Notes: generated from the letters alone by a model not told the origin. A DNA stretch of 63,738 bases, filler included, from Choristocarpus tenellus KU-1152 (GCA_964200185.2; 13 parts of 13 records of this genome joined end to end with filler, not necessarily neighbours in it); one strand, 5' to 3'. Positions 12,061 to 24,811 are shown, counted from the first letter of the whole stretch. Program-made: numbers and translations.

Positions 12061-12228
12061 GTATGTATGTATGTATGTATTATGTATTATGTATTATGTA
12101 TTATGTATGGATATATGTATGTTTACATTTAGTATGTATGGATGTGTGTATGGAAATACGTATATAGAGATAGGTAGGTAGGTAGGTAGGTAGGTAATTG
12201 AGTAATTAGGTTGGTTGGTTGGTTGGTA
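12061..12228. repeat. Compound microsatellite (GTAT)n, (TATGTAT)n, (GGTA)n, (GGTT)n
   Basis: Directly visible. Confidence 0.9.
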
Positions 12229-12504
12229 TGCGCGCATGTTCTCCAGAATGACTCTCAAAACCCATTTCTTCCCGTAGGCCAGATTTACGGGGGAGATTTT
12301 CTGGAAGTACGAAGATTTTGGACGAGCAACGAAAGAACAGTGAGAAATTGGAGGGTAGAAACTTTTTGTACTTGATCAAACTTTTTCTCCATGATGCTTT
12401 GCTTGTTCCTAGAAGTCCGTAGGGTCCTTATATTTCATTTGAGGGAGGTAGCATGTGATAAGATACTAGACGAGAGCAAACACGCAACATATATAGAGAG
12501 ATAT

Positions 12505-12567
12505 AACAGCCTCTCACCAAAATTGAGGATGGAGCATACTATGGAGGATGGGTTTGACCCAAAATGG
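12505..12567. mobile_element. MITE family D, left end (right-end fragment at 17124-17177)
   Basis: aacagc....caaaattgaggatggagc matches the TIR of 24812-24946. Confidence 0.7.
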
Positions 12568-12667
12568 NNNNNNNNNNNNNNNNNNNNNNNNNNNNNNNNN
12601 NNNNNNNNNNNTTAATTAATTAANNNNNNNNNNNNNNNNNNNNNNNNNNNNNNNNNNNNNNNNNNNN

Positions 12668-12707
12668 CAAATGGACAGCCGCCACCCCCTCCCAGATACT
12701 TTGAGTC
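12668..12707. mobile_element. MITE family A fragment at a contig edge (others at 17001-17023, 24976-25031, 25132-25155, 46305-46445, 48956-48978, 52226-52253)
   Basis: Family A TIR (cccagatactttgagtc or its complement) abutting a linker. Confidence 0.85.
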
Positions 12708-14137
12708 TGATTCTAAATATCAACTTACCCTGAGGAAGCCAGAGGTGTAAACAGCCTGAACAGTGGTAATGTATTGATGTAGTGTAACATGTACCTAGTG
12801 TGGGCTTGTATTCCACAGATTGCAAGTGTGGATCCAATAGGTGAAGATTGAGATAGAGGATGACTGGATAAAGTCGAGCAAGATTGAAAAAAAAGAAGTA
12901 AACCTCTCTGTAGGAAAGGTTGTGCATATATGTTCGGTACCACTACAGACGTCCCCCGTCACGACCAAGCACATTAGCATGGAGTCCATCTCAGTTGGGC
13001 CATTATGCAGTCGTCCTCTCCCAACCCTGACTTGTGTTTATATATATATATATATATATATCAGCATTACACATTTCCTCATCTGAGCCAAAGGGAGAGA
13101 AACTTCCACCTTCTCGAATGCTTTCTTCATAGAAGTAATGACAACCTCCTTCTGATGGAGCATCAACCCTAACCCTAGCCACAGACATCAAGAGAAAAAC
13201 AATGGGCGGAAACAATTGGGCCTATGATGGCCAGTTCACACCCCCGTCCTTTACATTATTATGTCAAACATTTATCAAAGTCAGGAGGCATGTAAGCATG
13301 TACGATTGCAACGAGCACTACAATTGTTTTGGCCTGTCACTTGTAGTGCCATTACGCCCCCTACCACCAGCCCAATATAACACCTTGAGTTTGCGGACCT
13401 TGTCATATCTTTTCGATCAAATACCACCCCAGTGCCCACTTTGACCTATGCGGAGATCAGCTACATGTGCCCGTCCAGAAGACCACTTCCTTCCTCCTGG
13501 TTCGAACAACTTCCCCCTGAGGTAACGAAGCTTCACCCTCATCACTTGTGCCTGCTGAGTGTTGGACATCTACAGCCCCATGTGGTGTATGCTTGCAATC
13601 CAGGAAAGAGGAATCCAGCCATGAGGCCTAGTTGGATCACAGGCAGCTTTCCACCTGTGCTTGTCGTACACAGCGCCCCCCACTTGGGATCTGGCATGTA
13701 CACTACCGTTAAAATTATATGAAGCTTCTATGTACTACCTATGGTCCGCAGAACCACATACCTCCCCTATCACACACAAAGCAAAAAACAGTTGAAAATC
13801 GTGAAGTGGGAAATGGCACAAGAAGAGTAGGTGCAATCCATCCAGTTCACAAAACAGTAGTGGGAGATGTTGAGAAAACCCTATTCCATTATTTTTTCTT
13901 CCTATTTTTCTGTATCATATTGGTCAAAGGACTATGATGAGTCTTTATGAAGTGCTCCTACATGGGGGGATTGACCATGTCCCGAAAAGTACTTGTGTAG
14001 AACGTGGGGATCCTGACCTCTACAATGTGCCTCACACCATGCATAGATTGTGAAGCTCTCACTAGTGATAAAGTGAAGTGTGACATACAAGCAGAATTTT
14101 ACTACTCAAGAGTATGACAACATGTGGCCTAGAAACC

Positions 14138-14256
14138 GAGTTTTGTTTCCCACTGAAGTATTATACCATTAGTATGAGTTTTGTTTCCCACTGAAGTATT
14201 ATACCATTAGTATGAGTTTTGTTTCCCACTGAAGTATTATACCATTAGTATGAGTT
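14138..14256. repeat. 38-bp tandem repeat, 3 exact copies
   Basis: gagttttgtttcccactgaagtattataccattagtat at 14138, 14176 and 14214. Confidence 0.95.
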
Positions 14257-15058
14257 CCCTCCGTACTCCAATATCACAATATTACATGGATCTTCCCCTT
14301 TCTACGTTCTAAAATAAATTGAAGGCCATTTTTTTTTAACGAAGAAACGTGGACTGGTGCAGGAAGGTGAATTGCAATTTTCTTCAGGAATCCATCTGAT
14401 GAGGGAGCAACTGGAGAAAAATGCTTATCTCGCTTTGCTTTGCTCACGAACTCTGCATAAATTGGTTAGCCTTGTCTCAGCCTTCATCCACTCCCTACAT
14501 ACCACTCCACAACTGCCACCGCACCACTCACTACATACCACACCACCAGGACACCTTCACCTTTGTTACCACACCACCTATGCAGTCACGTTCTCTGCAT
14601 CCAATAACCAACCAACTTGACCAACTTATGTGTATCCAATCACCAACCAATGCAGCCAGTTTTCCGTTTATGACATCTACTTACAAACCAATGTAGACGA
14701 TTTTCCGACACTAGTATCCACTTCCAAACCAATGCGGCCAATTTTCACTACTAGTATTCAATCACTAATCCATGCCGCCAATTCCCGCTTATGATATCTA
14801 CTCGCAAACCACTGTGGCTCATTTTCCTCACTGGCATCCAATTCCAAACCAATGCGACCAATTTCTGTCATTGATACCCTCTGATAAAACCAATTCGGCT
14901 AATTTCCGACACTGGTATCCACTTCCAAACTAATGCGGCAAATTTCTGTCACTAGTGCTCAGTCACCAACCAATATTGCCAATTTTCGCTTTTGATATCG
15001 ACTCACAAACCAGTGTGGCCAATTTGCCGCCACTAGTATCCAATCCCAAACGAATGCG

Positions 15059-15320
15059 GAGTGGAAGTATCTTAGGGTTAGGGTACGAGTTTTGACCTGT
15101 TTGTCCGTTTGGGGCTTGGTTTCCCATGGGTTCTTTATGACAATTTCCTACCCCGAGATGTTTCAGAGTAGGTGAAATGTATACCTTTTAAAAAGGCGTG
15201 TCCGTAACAAGGATATTGAGACTTCCTAACAAAAATGATAGCCAACATTATATCAAAATCGCAACATTGGGTTTTGACTCCCAAATGGACGCAGCTCTAC
15301 CCTCTAAGATACGTTGACTC
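15059..15320. mobile_element. MITE family B, complete
   Basis: GAGTGGAAGTATCTTAG...CTAAGATACGTTGACTC; TSD TGCG. Removing it restores the host satellite unit aatgcggcca. Confidence 0.9.
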
Positions 15321-15490
15321 TGCGGCCAGTTTCTTCCATTGATACATGGTGACAAAATCAATGACAAAATCAATGCAGCTAATTTCGGTCACTGGTATCC
15401 ACTTCTCAACCAATGTGGCCATTTTCCACATATCCAATCACCAATTAATGCCGCTAATATCCCCCACTGGTGTCCGTTCACCAACCAAAT

Positions 15491-15669
15491 GGCTCAAAGT
15501 ATTTGGGGAGGGGGTCTACACCGGGGTATCCCATTCAGGCCCTTTCGGGAGAAGTGCGAATAAATTATCCATCCGAGGCATGCAACCAAATCACGCCAAA
15601 ATCGCGACATCAAAAAGTGGGCCCCGAATAGACAGTCACTACCTCCCCCCCCCCAAGATACATTGAGCC
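15491..15669. mobile_element. MITE family A, complete and diverged
   Basis: GGCTCAAAGTATTTGGGG...CCCCAAGATACATTGAGCC. Confidence 0.85.
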
Positions 15670-15989
15670 AATGCGACGAATTTATGCATATCCAATCGCC
15701 AACCAATGCACCTAATTTCCAGGTACACACTTTCCCAAACTAATTAAATCGATTTTCGCGAATTCACTCCCACCCCAATCCTCCCCAAAACGGTCCTCCT
15801 CCTAAAATCGGCATCATTCCTCCACAAGAATCCATGTTCCTCCAAGGACACCCCACAATCATTCACTACAACTCTCCACCTTTATACACTCCTCTGCCCA
15901 ACACCCTTGTGTGACAGAGGCTATGGAAACAATTGTGTATGCTGGGGGAATAAGATGAGGAGTCACAGCCTGTGCAGGAGAGGCGGTGG

Positions 15990-16285
15990 CACTCTCTCAT
16001 GTATCCACATCCCAACTACGGGGAGTTGCCATGGATAAAGAAGCTCCAAAATGAGAGACTCGGCGACCTGGAGTCTAAGGGAGGGAAGATGTTTCGTTGC
16101 AGATTCTGCGTCCCCCATACCTTCTTTGTATAGGTCATATAAAGGAAGTATAGTCAGGCAACAGGGTCGGCTTCGCAGAGGCAGGGCTAATGCTGTTGGT
16201 TGCCTAGGCATCCCTCTGGAGGTGAAGGTGTTGTCTGTGTTGCACACCTTTAGAAGACAAACTGCACTGGGTGATTTGACCCCTT
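15990..16285 (+). pseudogene. Second PIF/Harbinger transposase N-terminal fragment
   Basis: GKMFRCRFCVPHTFF...AVGCLGIPLEVKVLSVLHTF parallels KFRRRFRVPFVLF...IGRPGIPVKLKVLSVLQIL of the 1940-3809 copy. Confidence 0.7.
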
Positions 16286-17914
16286 CTCAGCACATATAGC
16301 CCAAGTGCTTTAGAATGGTACCCAGACTTCTCAAGGAGAGTTCCTACCCAAATTTGTCTTTACCCAGGTCAACAAATCCCGACAAAAGACCAGATTTATT
16401 TCCCTACGAGTGCTGGGTAAAAATGAAGAGTTCCATCTCATCGAGCTGTGGTTTAAGGAGCTTGTACCTCTCATCGGAATCCACTTGAATAACCCCCCCC
16501 TCCTAGTCCCAGAGATGCAAAAGATCTCACCTTCTCCTCCCAAGTTTTCAGGACGCAAAACCCTTGTTGCATCCCACTCCCACAACCAGGAAGACACCCT
16601 CCACCACCTCAGTTTGGCCAATATATGATTGTATATCACGAACTGGTAGTACAGGATCAGCAATACACGTCCCTGCGCCACGCAAAGCACTTCTCAGTTG
16701 ACCAACTTGAGTTTCTCCATTTGCCCTTTGGTATCAGTTTCCCTAACCTCTTCATCTTTCCGTCTGGTGTCGTTCAAGTCCCACTTCCTAGTCACTGTAG
16801 CCATGCAGGCCCTTCCTTGCCTTGTCTTTGGCTGGACTCCCCCTCCTCCTCTTGTTTTGCAGTGTCCCCACTTCTTGTTTCTCTTATTCCTTGTCCAGAG
16901 ACTTCTTACTTGGGGTGTCGATAACTTGAGATTGGTTTTGAGTCTCAAAAATCGCTCTGTACAGGTTTCTGCATCTAGTCCTCTTCTCTCTGAGAACCAA
17001 GGCTCAAAGTATCTGGGGGGGGGNNNNNNNNNNNNNNNNNNNNNNNNNNNNNNNNNNNNNNNNNNNNTTAATTAATTAANNNNNNNNNNNNNNNNNNNNN
17101 NNNNNNNNNNNNNNNNNNNNNNNAATACAACCATCCTCATAGTCCCGCTCCATCCTCAATTTTGAGAATCCACTGTTATCACCAAAAGTCAAGACGTAAG
17201 AACTAGTGGAGCTTCCATGTGTGAAAACTCTCTATAACGAGCTGTCCCAAGTCTGTGGAATTAGTCTTGAAACGAGATTCCATGGTTTCATTCTGTCTGA
17301 AGATCCGCCAATGGAATCATGGATGGTTGAGAATAAGCATAGTTTTCATTGCTTTTCCCCCTGATACATCTCCAAAATGTCACAGGGCATAATAATAAAA
17401 TAAATTATTGAGATTCCTCAATGTGAGAACACTATTAGGCACTTTATATATATATATATATGTTTTTTGTTTTATACACACATATGTATATAGTTTTCAT
17501 TGGTTTCCCCCTGACACATCTACAAAATATCAGAAGGTATAATAATAAATTTTAAGCACTATAAGTGTGAAAGGCACTAATCTACACTTTGAATTATAGA
17601 ACTCAACATTCCCATCTTACCATAACAGCACCACCAGTAGACATACTTATCCACCTTGAACGGTCTGGAAGACAGATCGTCAGGACGGCAGATATATTAT
17701 AGAGGAGGCAAGTATTAGCGAACGTGTGTGTCTCGACCGGCCTATTGGCAACCATTAGTCCATGTCTGGTATACGAGGTGTTGTTGACCGTCCCCAAACC
17801 CTAAAATTGTTTGCCAACCATGAATTTTCTGTTGTTGTATCCCTCATTTTTTCGCCATCATCCCATACCAGGAGATCAAGCTCTTCGTTCTCAAACAACC
17901 GCCGTTCGACGACT

Positions 17915-18568
17915 ATGGAGACTACCAGCCAAGCAGAATCCATCGCGATCACATACTTGGATATCCCCCTTGGAGGGAGGGGTGGGGCAGTGCGTTTCTT
18001 TGCCCTCCTCCACGGACTCACCTTCGACTTCAACACAGTGAAATTGTCGGATTGGCCTGCCGAAAAGGCCAGACTCAAAGAGAGTTGTGAGAATCCATGC
18101 GGCTCACTCCCTGTTGTACAAGTTGGTGCACATACTCTCATTGAACACGTAGCAACAATGCGCTACATAGCTCGCACGAACAACCTGACGACGGGGGATG
18201 CATACGGGGACTTCGTGCAGGATGCTGTCGCGGATGAGCACCACGGGTGGGTGTCCAGTTTCTACGCAGCGATGTTTGGCTCAGAGGATGCGAAGGTTGC
18301 GTACAAAGAGGCCCTCCCAGGCCATCTCGCTTTGTTTGAGGCCCTGTACACGAAGTACAAGATTGGCGAGGGAGCATACCTTAGCACATCTCCCTCGGGC
18401 AAGGGTTTGTGGGCGGACACTGTTCTATTTAACTTGCTGTTGGACAACGTGAAGTCTGGCTTAATGGCCACGGAAGGGCTGGAGGAGTATCCGAAATTAA
18501 AGGCAATGTTCGAGGCGTACAAGGCGGAGCCAGCGGTCTCGACCTTCATCAAGAGCCAAGAGGCGTGA
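17915..18568 (+). CDS. GST: Glutathione S-transferase (Tyr-type), single exon, 217 aa
   Basis: ITYLDIPLGGRGGAVRFF (catalytic Tyr region), cis-Pro motif NPCGSLPVV, EHVATMRYIAR, N-capping box LWADTVLF and C-terminal YPKLKAMFE. The frame is open and the length is typical of GSTs. Confidence 0.9.
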   Translation: METTSQAESIAITYLDIPLGGRGGAVRFFALLHGLTFDFNTVKLSDWPAEKARLKESCENPCGSLPVVQVGAHTLIEHVATMRYIARTNNLTTGDAYGDFVQDAVADEHHGWVSSFYAAMFGSEDAKVAYKEALPGHLALFEALYTKYKIGEGAYLSTSPSGKGLWADTVLFNLLLDNVKSGLMATEGLEEYPKLKAMFEAYKAEPAVSTFIKSQEA

Positions 18569-19589
18569 ATTTTTATTGGCTAGAAGGTGCTATATGCTGA
18601 CGCTACGGCTTCGTGTGCTGAGGTGATTCAACGTGAAGTGGCACACACCTCTGGGGATGGTGCGTTTCATTGAAATCCGTGGATGGTCGTACCTGCAGAT
18701 GGTCAGACAACAACTAAATGTGCATTGCGCGCGGTAGACATTGGCTTTTTTGCGTCACTTTATGTGCTTCATAGTTTTCCAATAAGAGGACTGATCCAGC
18801 TCTCTGATGATGCATCAACTTGGGGGCTTGATAAATAAATAATGTAAAGTGTCACCAAAAATTAAGTCGCAGAATTTAAACAGATTCCATGTATCCTCAA
18901 CTTGAGATACACGATCTGGGTTTCCATCATAATTGTACACATTTTCGTCTCTTTGCTTTCCTGACATTTGGAGCAAGTTACAAGAATCTCTTCTGATGAA
19001 CCAGTTTTATATGTTGTGTTTACCTTGCCCTAATTATTTTTTAATGTTTTTGTTGTCATTCTTGCAAACATACACTAAGATGTCATGCCTAATGGAAATA
19101 ACATGCCTGCCCAGAGAAATACCTCCAACATTCCACTATATGCATTGACACAGGGGATCATGAGTTGCGTCCTCCACTCCCTGGTGTGTTTCAGGTCGTC
19201 TACCCTTAATCAGATGCTCAACCCCCACCCATTCATGTCACAGTGTGATCCGCTGAAATTCTGATCTGCTCCTCCCTGCAATCACAATGTGCTCATATTG
19301 GTAGTAACTTTAATTTTCCAATCGGAACTGTGATACAATTAGGGCAAGCGATCTTTTGGCCTATTTGCTTCCTTTGCCTCACAGTTAGTTGCCCATCTTT
19401 CTTTCTGTCGTAGGTAGTATGTTGAAAATATAAATATAGAGTCAAGTGAAGGGCATTATCTAGTTGTAACAAGTTTTCAAAGAAAAATTTTTAATAGCCC
19501 ATAGCTAGTACCATTCGGAATAAGATTCGACAAGAATAAACTCGATAGGTTGAGGGTTATGTACAACCACCAACACATTTTTATCAGCC

Positions 19590-21150
19590 ACAGAAAAAGC
19601 CTCCATGTGTGCGTTCGGAGTGTTTCAAGCTCACCAGACAACTGCCTCTTTCTTACCCTTGTGTGCTCCACACTGAAGTCATTCCCCCCATTGTATCTAA
19701 GTGCTTGATTGTACACAAAAAGGAGCTGCCAAGCCCTCTCAAGTGTGGTTTCATCATACTCCTCATACTGTTTCTTAATGACCTTCACCATCTCCTCGAA
19801 GAACCCAAACCACTCTCCCCCATCACCCGGCATTTCAAAGACCTGAAGAAGCACAGGTCCATGATATTGATTTGAGGTCAGGGGAGTTAGATCGCTGCGT
19901 CACAAGCCTAATCGACCACCCCTCAGTCTTCACTGCCCCTGACAAGATTTCTGAGTTGCCCTTGCCTGTCTGGGGGGGGTGTCACCGTCTTGCTGAACGA
20001 CAACATGCTTCCCCTACAGCCAATGTATCTTGGTCTTGATTACAGGCAGTAACTCCTCCGTATACCACTTCCTGTACCATAAATGGTCTAAAGTACAGTC
20101 CTGCTCACACACATCCCCCTTGTTATGGTTCTTGCTTGTGCTGTCTGCCGTTTTTGGCACATACACATGCCAAACACCAAGCTTTCCACCAATGCTGTGA
20201 GCCGAATCTGGGTGGGCATTGGCTGCAATGATCATGGTTTGGGGGATATGACTCTTTTGCTGCACTGTAGGGGACCTTGGAAGGTTGCTATCATCCTCAT
20301 GTGGAAATACACTAACCCTTGCCCCATCAGCCATCACATAAAACCAGGTTTAATCCCCACATATATTAGGTTACTACATGGATCGTGTTCGCCATGGAGG
20401 CTGCACACCATGTTTCTGGTCCTCTTGATCGCAAACAAAGTCCATTCTTCATGCCGTTTGCCACAATTCAAGCTTGGGTTTGATCAAGCAATGATTTGTA
20501 TGGCCGCCATATCGTTCAACCACCTCTTTATGATGCTCGTGGTATAATTCAGCCCCTTGATGGCCATCTCCATTGTCAACTCTGAAGCACTTTGGATGAT
20601 CAATTATCGGACTTAATACTGTGTATTGCGACCATCTTGATCGATGTGAGGTCCGAAGGTCGCCCACTACATGCCGCCACCTCAAGGTCAAGCGTGCGGC
20701 CACAGGTGAGCTGATCGACAACGTCCTTCCAGAGCCCTCACATGTACCACTTGGATATTTTAAACTCCACTGTGAGGGCCGACCCAATGTGTCGAGGCAG
20801 TCTATGCTCACCAGGGACCATCGCGAGGGCCCACCGCACTGCATGCGCAAACCTGGTATTCAGGGACACTTGGACACCCTTCCTACACTGTGGGGTCGAT
20901 GGAGGGGCTGCCATGCCGATGTTCTGACCCTCGAGTGCCCAGTTCTGGCCTCAAAATCACCCCGAAAGACCCCTAATTTGATGGCCTCAAGCACCTCAAC
21001 TTTGTGCCTGATGATCCTCGACCCCCATCTTTCCTGAAAGCTGAGATTGTCAACCCTATTTCATTCTGTGGGGCTATCATCCAATTCGGCGCCGTTCTTG
21101 CTTGGTGAGCCCAGATGTTTTGCGGCACAAACTTATGGCACAGATGTAGT
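19590..21150 (-). pseudogene. Tc1/mariner transposase pseudogene, DD39D (plant-mariner)-like
   Basis: Motifs WFYVMADG, VQQKSHIPQTMIIAANAHPD, GKLGVW, VVVQQDG, SNSPDL..MDLCFFRSLK, TLERAW and NGGNDF; many stops and frameshifts. Confidence 0.8.
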
Positions 21151-22629
21151 AGAATAAATACACTTTACTACAGCCCCAACCTTGAAAGAGCATACTGAGC
21201 TTGTACTATACCCAAATCTTCCAGATTTGGGGTTGTATCAAATGACTTGAATAGCTGGTACCTAGTGCATATGGATGACTAGAAACATATTTTCCCTTTT
21301 TTTTCTTGTGCGCTCGCTGGTGGTAGTTTACGTTTATCGAGAGTACGATTGCTGTTTGTGTGTTCCCGGAGGCGGTGCCGGCGAATGTGGAAACTAAACA
21401 AATACCGAATATTAGATTCGTCAAGTGACCGTGGAGATTATAATACGGGGGGTTATTTGATTACATGACACAAACTGTGTCCTCCACCCTACCTTCTAGA
21501 TACTTATGTAAATTGGGTAGGAAAATCCCAGATGTTACATCTAGTCATATAGCCCAGTTTGACTCATTTGCTTGTGTTTTCTGGGTGTTCAAAAGAAAGT
21601 AAATAGGAATAGGTGGTTGTGATTTGGTTCATCAAGGATGGCATCTTCAATTTTCGTTTGAAATTGACCAAAAACAAACTTGAGATGGGTGTGACAGGAA
21701 TTTCAAAAGTCCCATGTTCTTCTTTGTAGGTAGTTCAAGAAGTCATTCCTATGATGAAGTGACTGCCTGATATGAAGTGAACTTTGTGGTAGTCAGAACC
21801 ATAGCCTGACACTCCTATGTGTTTGATGGATTCCCAAGACTGCACCAAACTCTCTGTCGGGTCTGAGATTGGTTAAACAGTTTGTGTGATCAAGCAAATA
21901 TATCATGATCGCTATGGTACTAGATACTTCTTTCCCACGACAGATTTGATCAAATTGAGAGTCACTTAACAAAATACAAGCCACACACTGTGGTGGGAGT
22001 CCCCGGTGTGCTTACTGACTGGCTGTTAAAATGCTCTGAGCATAAGCACCATTCATGCAATCCATGGTACTAGCACAAAGAGTATCCTGCCGTTTATCTA
22101 CTAGGTTTACCCACCCACAATCCACCAGGAGGTGGATATGCACTGCTGGCGGTGGAAGAATTGACCCAAGAATATAGTGTTAGATTTCTGGGTGGTTGGG
22201 CTGCACTATGCATATTTCACCAATGTAGTATTTCTGGGTCAGGGTTAGGATCGGCTCGTGAGTAGCATAAGGGATGGGTTGCTTTGCAGGCTTCTTGTTT
22301 ATAATGTACTCTAGTGTAATGGGGTGTGGTATAGATGAACGTATAATGTGCATTTCATCAGTGCACCTGTACATACATATTGCCTTGTAAGCTAAAGGGA
22401 AGTGCATGTGATCATTATTGTTTGTATCGATAATTATTTTTTTTGTTCAAACTCGGCTTTTGTTGGCCACACAAAGGTGCTCCAACTATTTCTTGTGTTG
22501 ACAATTAACAACAGTTGTGTGGGCGAGACATAGGGTGTCTTTCTACTATCCTTTGCTCTATTAAATTATATTCTACATTGGGCACACTGCCTTCCTGTCT
22601 CAAGATTGTGCCTCTAGTACTTGATGGGT

Positions 22630-23200
22630 AACCAGGAGAGAGATCAAGCTTCACGATGCTTCAGCATACATAAACACCATCACATAGCAGTACAATACAA
22701 AATAAGTAGCCTTCTTCAGCACTTGTTGATGAGTTACAACTCCTTTCCATGTGGACGATTTGGGGATGGGTGTTCCGCTTTGAAGCAAAACCCCTACAAG
22801 GTTTGACATAGCAACTAATGCCACCACTAGCAAGAACTCGGAGCGAGAGCACTGAGGCAACTAGATGCGGAAGGATGTAGCTATTTGTGATTTTCACGGT
22901 GCGCATAAATACAATACGTGCTTGCCCAAGAACTTCACATTGTCTGGGGAACGTACAGCCGATAAACCGAAGGGGATGATGGAAGGATCAAAGAAAAGAA
23001 AGCTGGGATGCTTCCAAGATGACCTTGAGTTGTTTCAGGATCCCAGATGACGATTGGGGTTTACTTGCAGCAGATCCTAACAGGTGGAACAGTTGCATGG
23101 AGAATGGAGCCTTTCGATTCATGAACCTCTGACATGCTAAAGAAGCTGACATAACCACAGCTGCCCATACAAAAGTGATTGCATTAGCTAAACCGCCAGC
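22630..23200 (+). mobile_element. 3' fragment of an RTE-like non-LTR retrotransposon
   Basis: Frameshifted LPKNFTLSGE...GCFQDDLELF..PDDDWGLLAADPNRWNSCMENGAFRFMN resembles the C-terminus of RTE LINE ORF2. Confidence 0.5.
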
Positions 23201-24811
23201 TGGGCTTGTGGTGGGAATGGGGTCTGACAAAGAAAATCTCCAGTACTTGTGGCGATATCCATCTATTTTGTACCTGGTCGGTGTACAGAACTTACTTCTT
23301 TTCTGGTGTGTTATCCTGTGAGTGTGGATATTATGTGCCCCTCCTTGGACTGATTGTGGTCCTTGGTCGTCCTGGAGAAGACATCTTTTCTCATTTGCCG
23401 TACTGATTTTTGTTCATTTTTCATTTCTCTCCTTTTTTATTTGCACATTTCTGTATCCTCAGTGCTTTTTGTGAGACATATTCTTCTTTTTGAAGTACAT
23501 TTTTGTTTTGGTAGTATCACCTTCATATTCATGACTGAATGCCCCCTCTTTTCCATGACAACACGTGCAAATTGTTTGAGCATCATTGCATCGTGCATCA
23601 GACTCATGTGTGCTGAGCAATCGATCAACAAAGATGTGTTAAACATTTCGCTAAATATTGCTGACACAGTTCATGCCATGTACCTTTTCGGACTGGAGTG
23701 TAAAGGAGAGCTGCTATGCACAAGACACCACCTTGATTATATTGAGCATAATAGATTGTTGCATTTTGAACATAACACAAATTGTAACACAATGGAGGGA
23801 ACATGATGTATCAGTATTGTGTACGTACTATATTATATTCTGTTGTAAATAGATGGTTGGGGAGAACCGAAATCCATTACCAACATCAATCTTGGCCTGC
23901 AGCTCCCGAGTGAAGATGCTGATGTTGATACTGTCCACAGAAAGATTGAAGAGGGAATGGCATAGGGGTGTAGGGTGGATTGGGATGCGTTGTGTTCACA
24001 TCTACATAGAGTAGTATATTGTTAACGATAAGGGTGAATGAATATACTCTCGCTGCATGAGGATCCTACTGACCAGAAAACATCTTCTACGGTATAGTCC
24101 CTCAACAGACCACACAATCATCCATTGAGATAAGGAAACCCCAGCACGATTAGCGATATAAAAAATGACATACACACGCGATTGGAATCTACGAGAAGGC
24201 ACATTACCAATATCGTACATAAGAAAGGTACGAAGTCACTGTATATTAAGCCCTCCATCGCAACTCTTGACAACATAAGGTATGATAGTACCCACCTGTG
24301 TTTGCAAATCGCATCACCTACAACTTGATACGCTAAGACAACCATCCCATCTCCAATGCAACCCTTAAGTATGGAGTACAAAGCCAAAGTAAACGGCAAG
24401 GGTACATTCAAAGGACGCCGACAAAAAAATGTGAAAAATTCGACTTTTTGTACAATTGTGTACAGAGCATTTTCTTAAATATGTCGAAAGTACTCGAACA
24501 ATAGAGAAACCCATGCTATCAAGCCATTTTAGCAATCCATCCGTAGAAATAATGGTGAATAGCAAGAGATAAAAAGAGTAACTTCAAACGCAAAAAGGTC
24601 AAAAATTGGGTACCTCTCGTTTATATTGGCTCACAATAATAGAACCATGCCCCATTAGACTGGGAGGCAATACATATTAGCATCTCGTGAAGCATAGATG
24701 CAATATATGTAAGTATTCGGAGTAGATGTTGGGTCCTTTCCCCCACACAAACTTCTTGTAATTCAAGAAACATACATACTACACAGTAGTACCGTCCTGT
24801 GGCCAAGAGAG

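Larger units (their letters stand above)
14595..15745. repeat. Degenerate ~40-bp minisatellite interrupted by two MITEs
   Basis: Recurring (g/a)tatcca.t..caaaccaatgcggccaattt motif throughout. Confidence 0.8.

Noticed and set aside
16300-16600. Minus-strand ELSLRSLGTILKHLGY as an IS630/Tc1 helix-turn-helix remnant
   Set aside because: A single short motif among stops, with no catalytic motifs nearby.
17762-17914. 51-aa N-terminal extension of the GST ORF
   Set aside because: No homology or clear targeting signal is visible; ATG 17915 gives a normal GST length. Not fully excluded.
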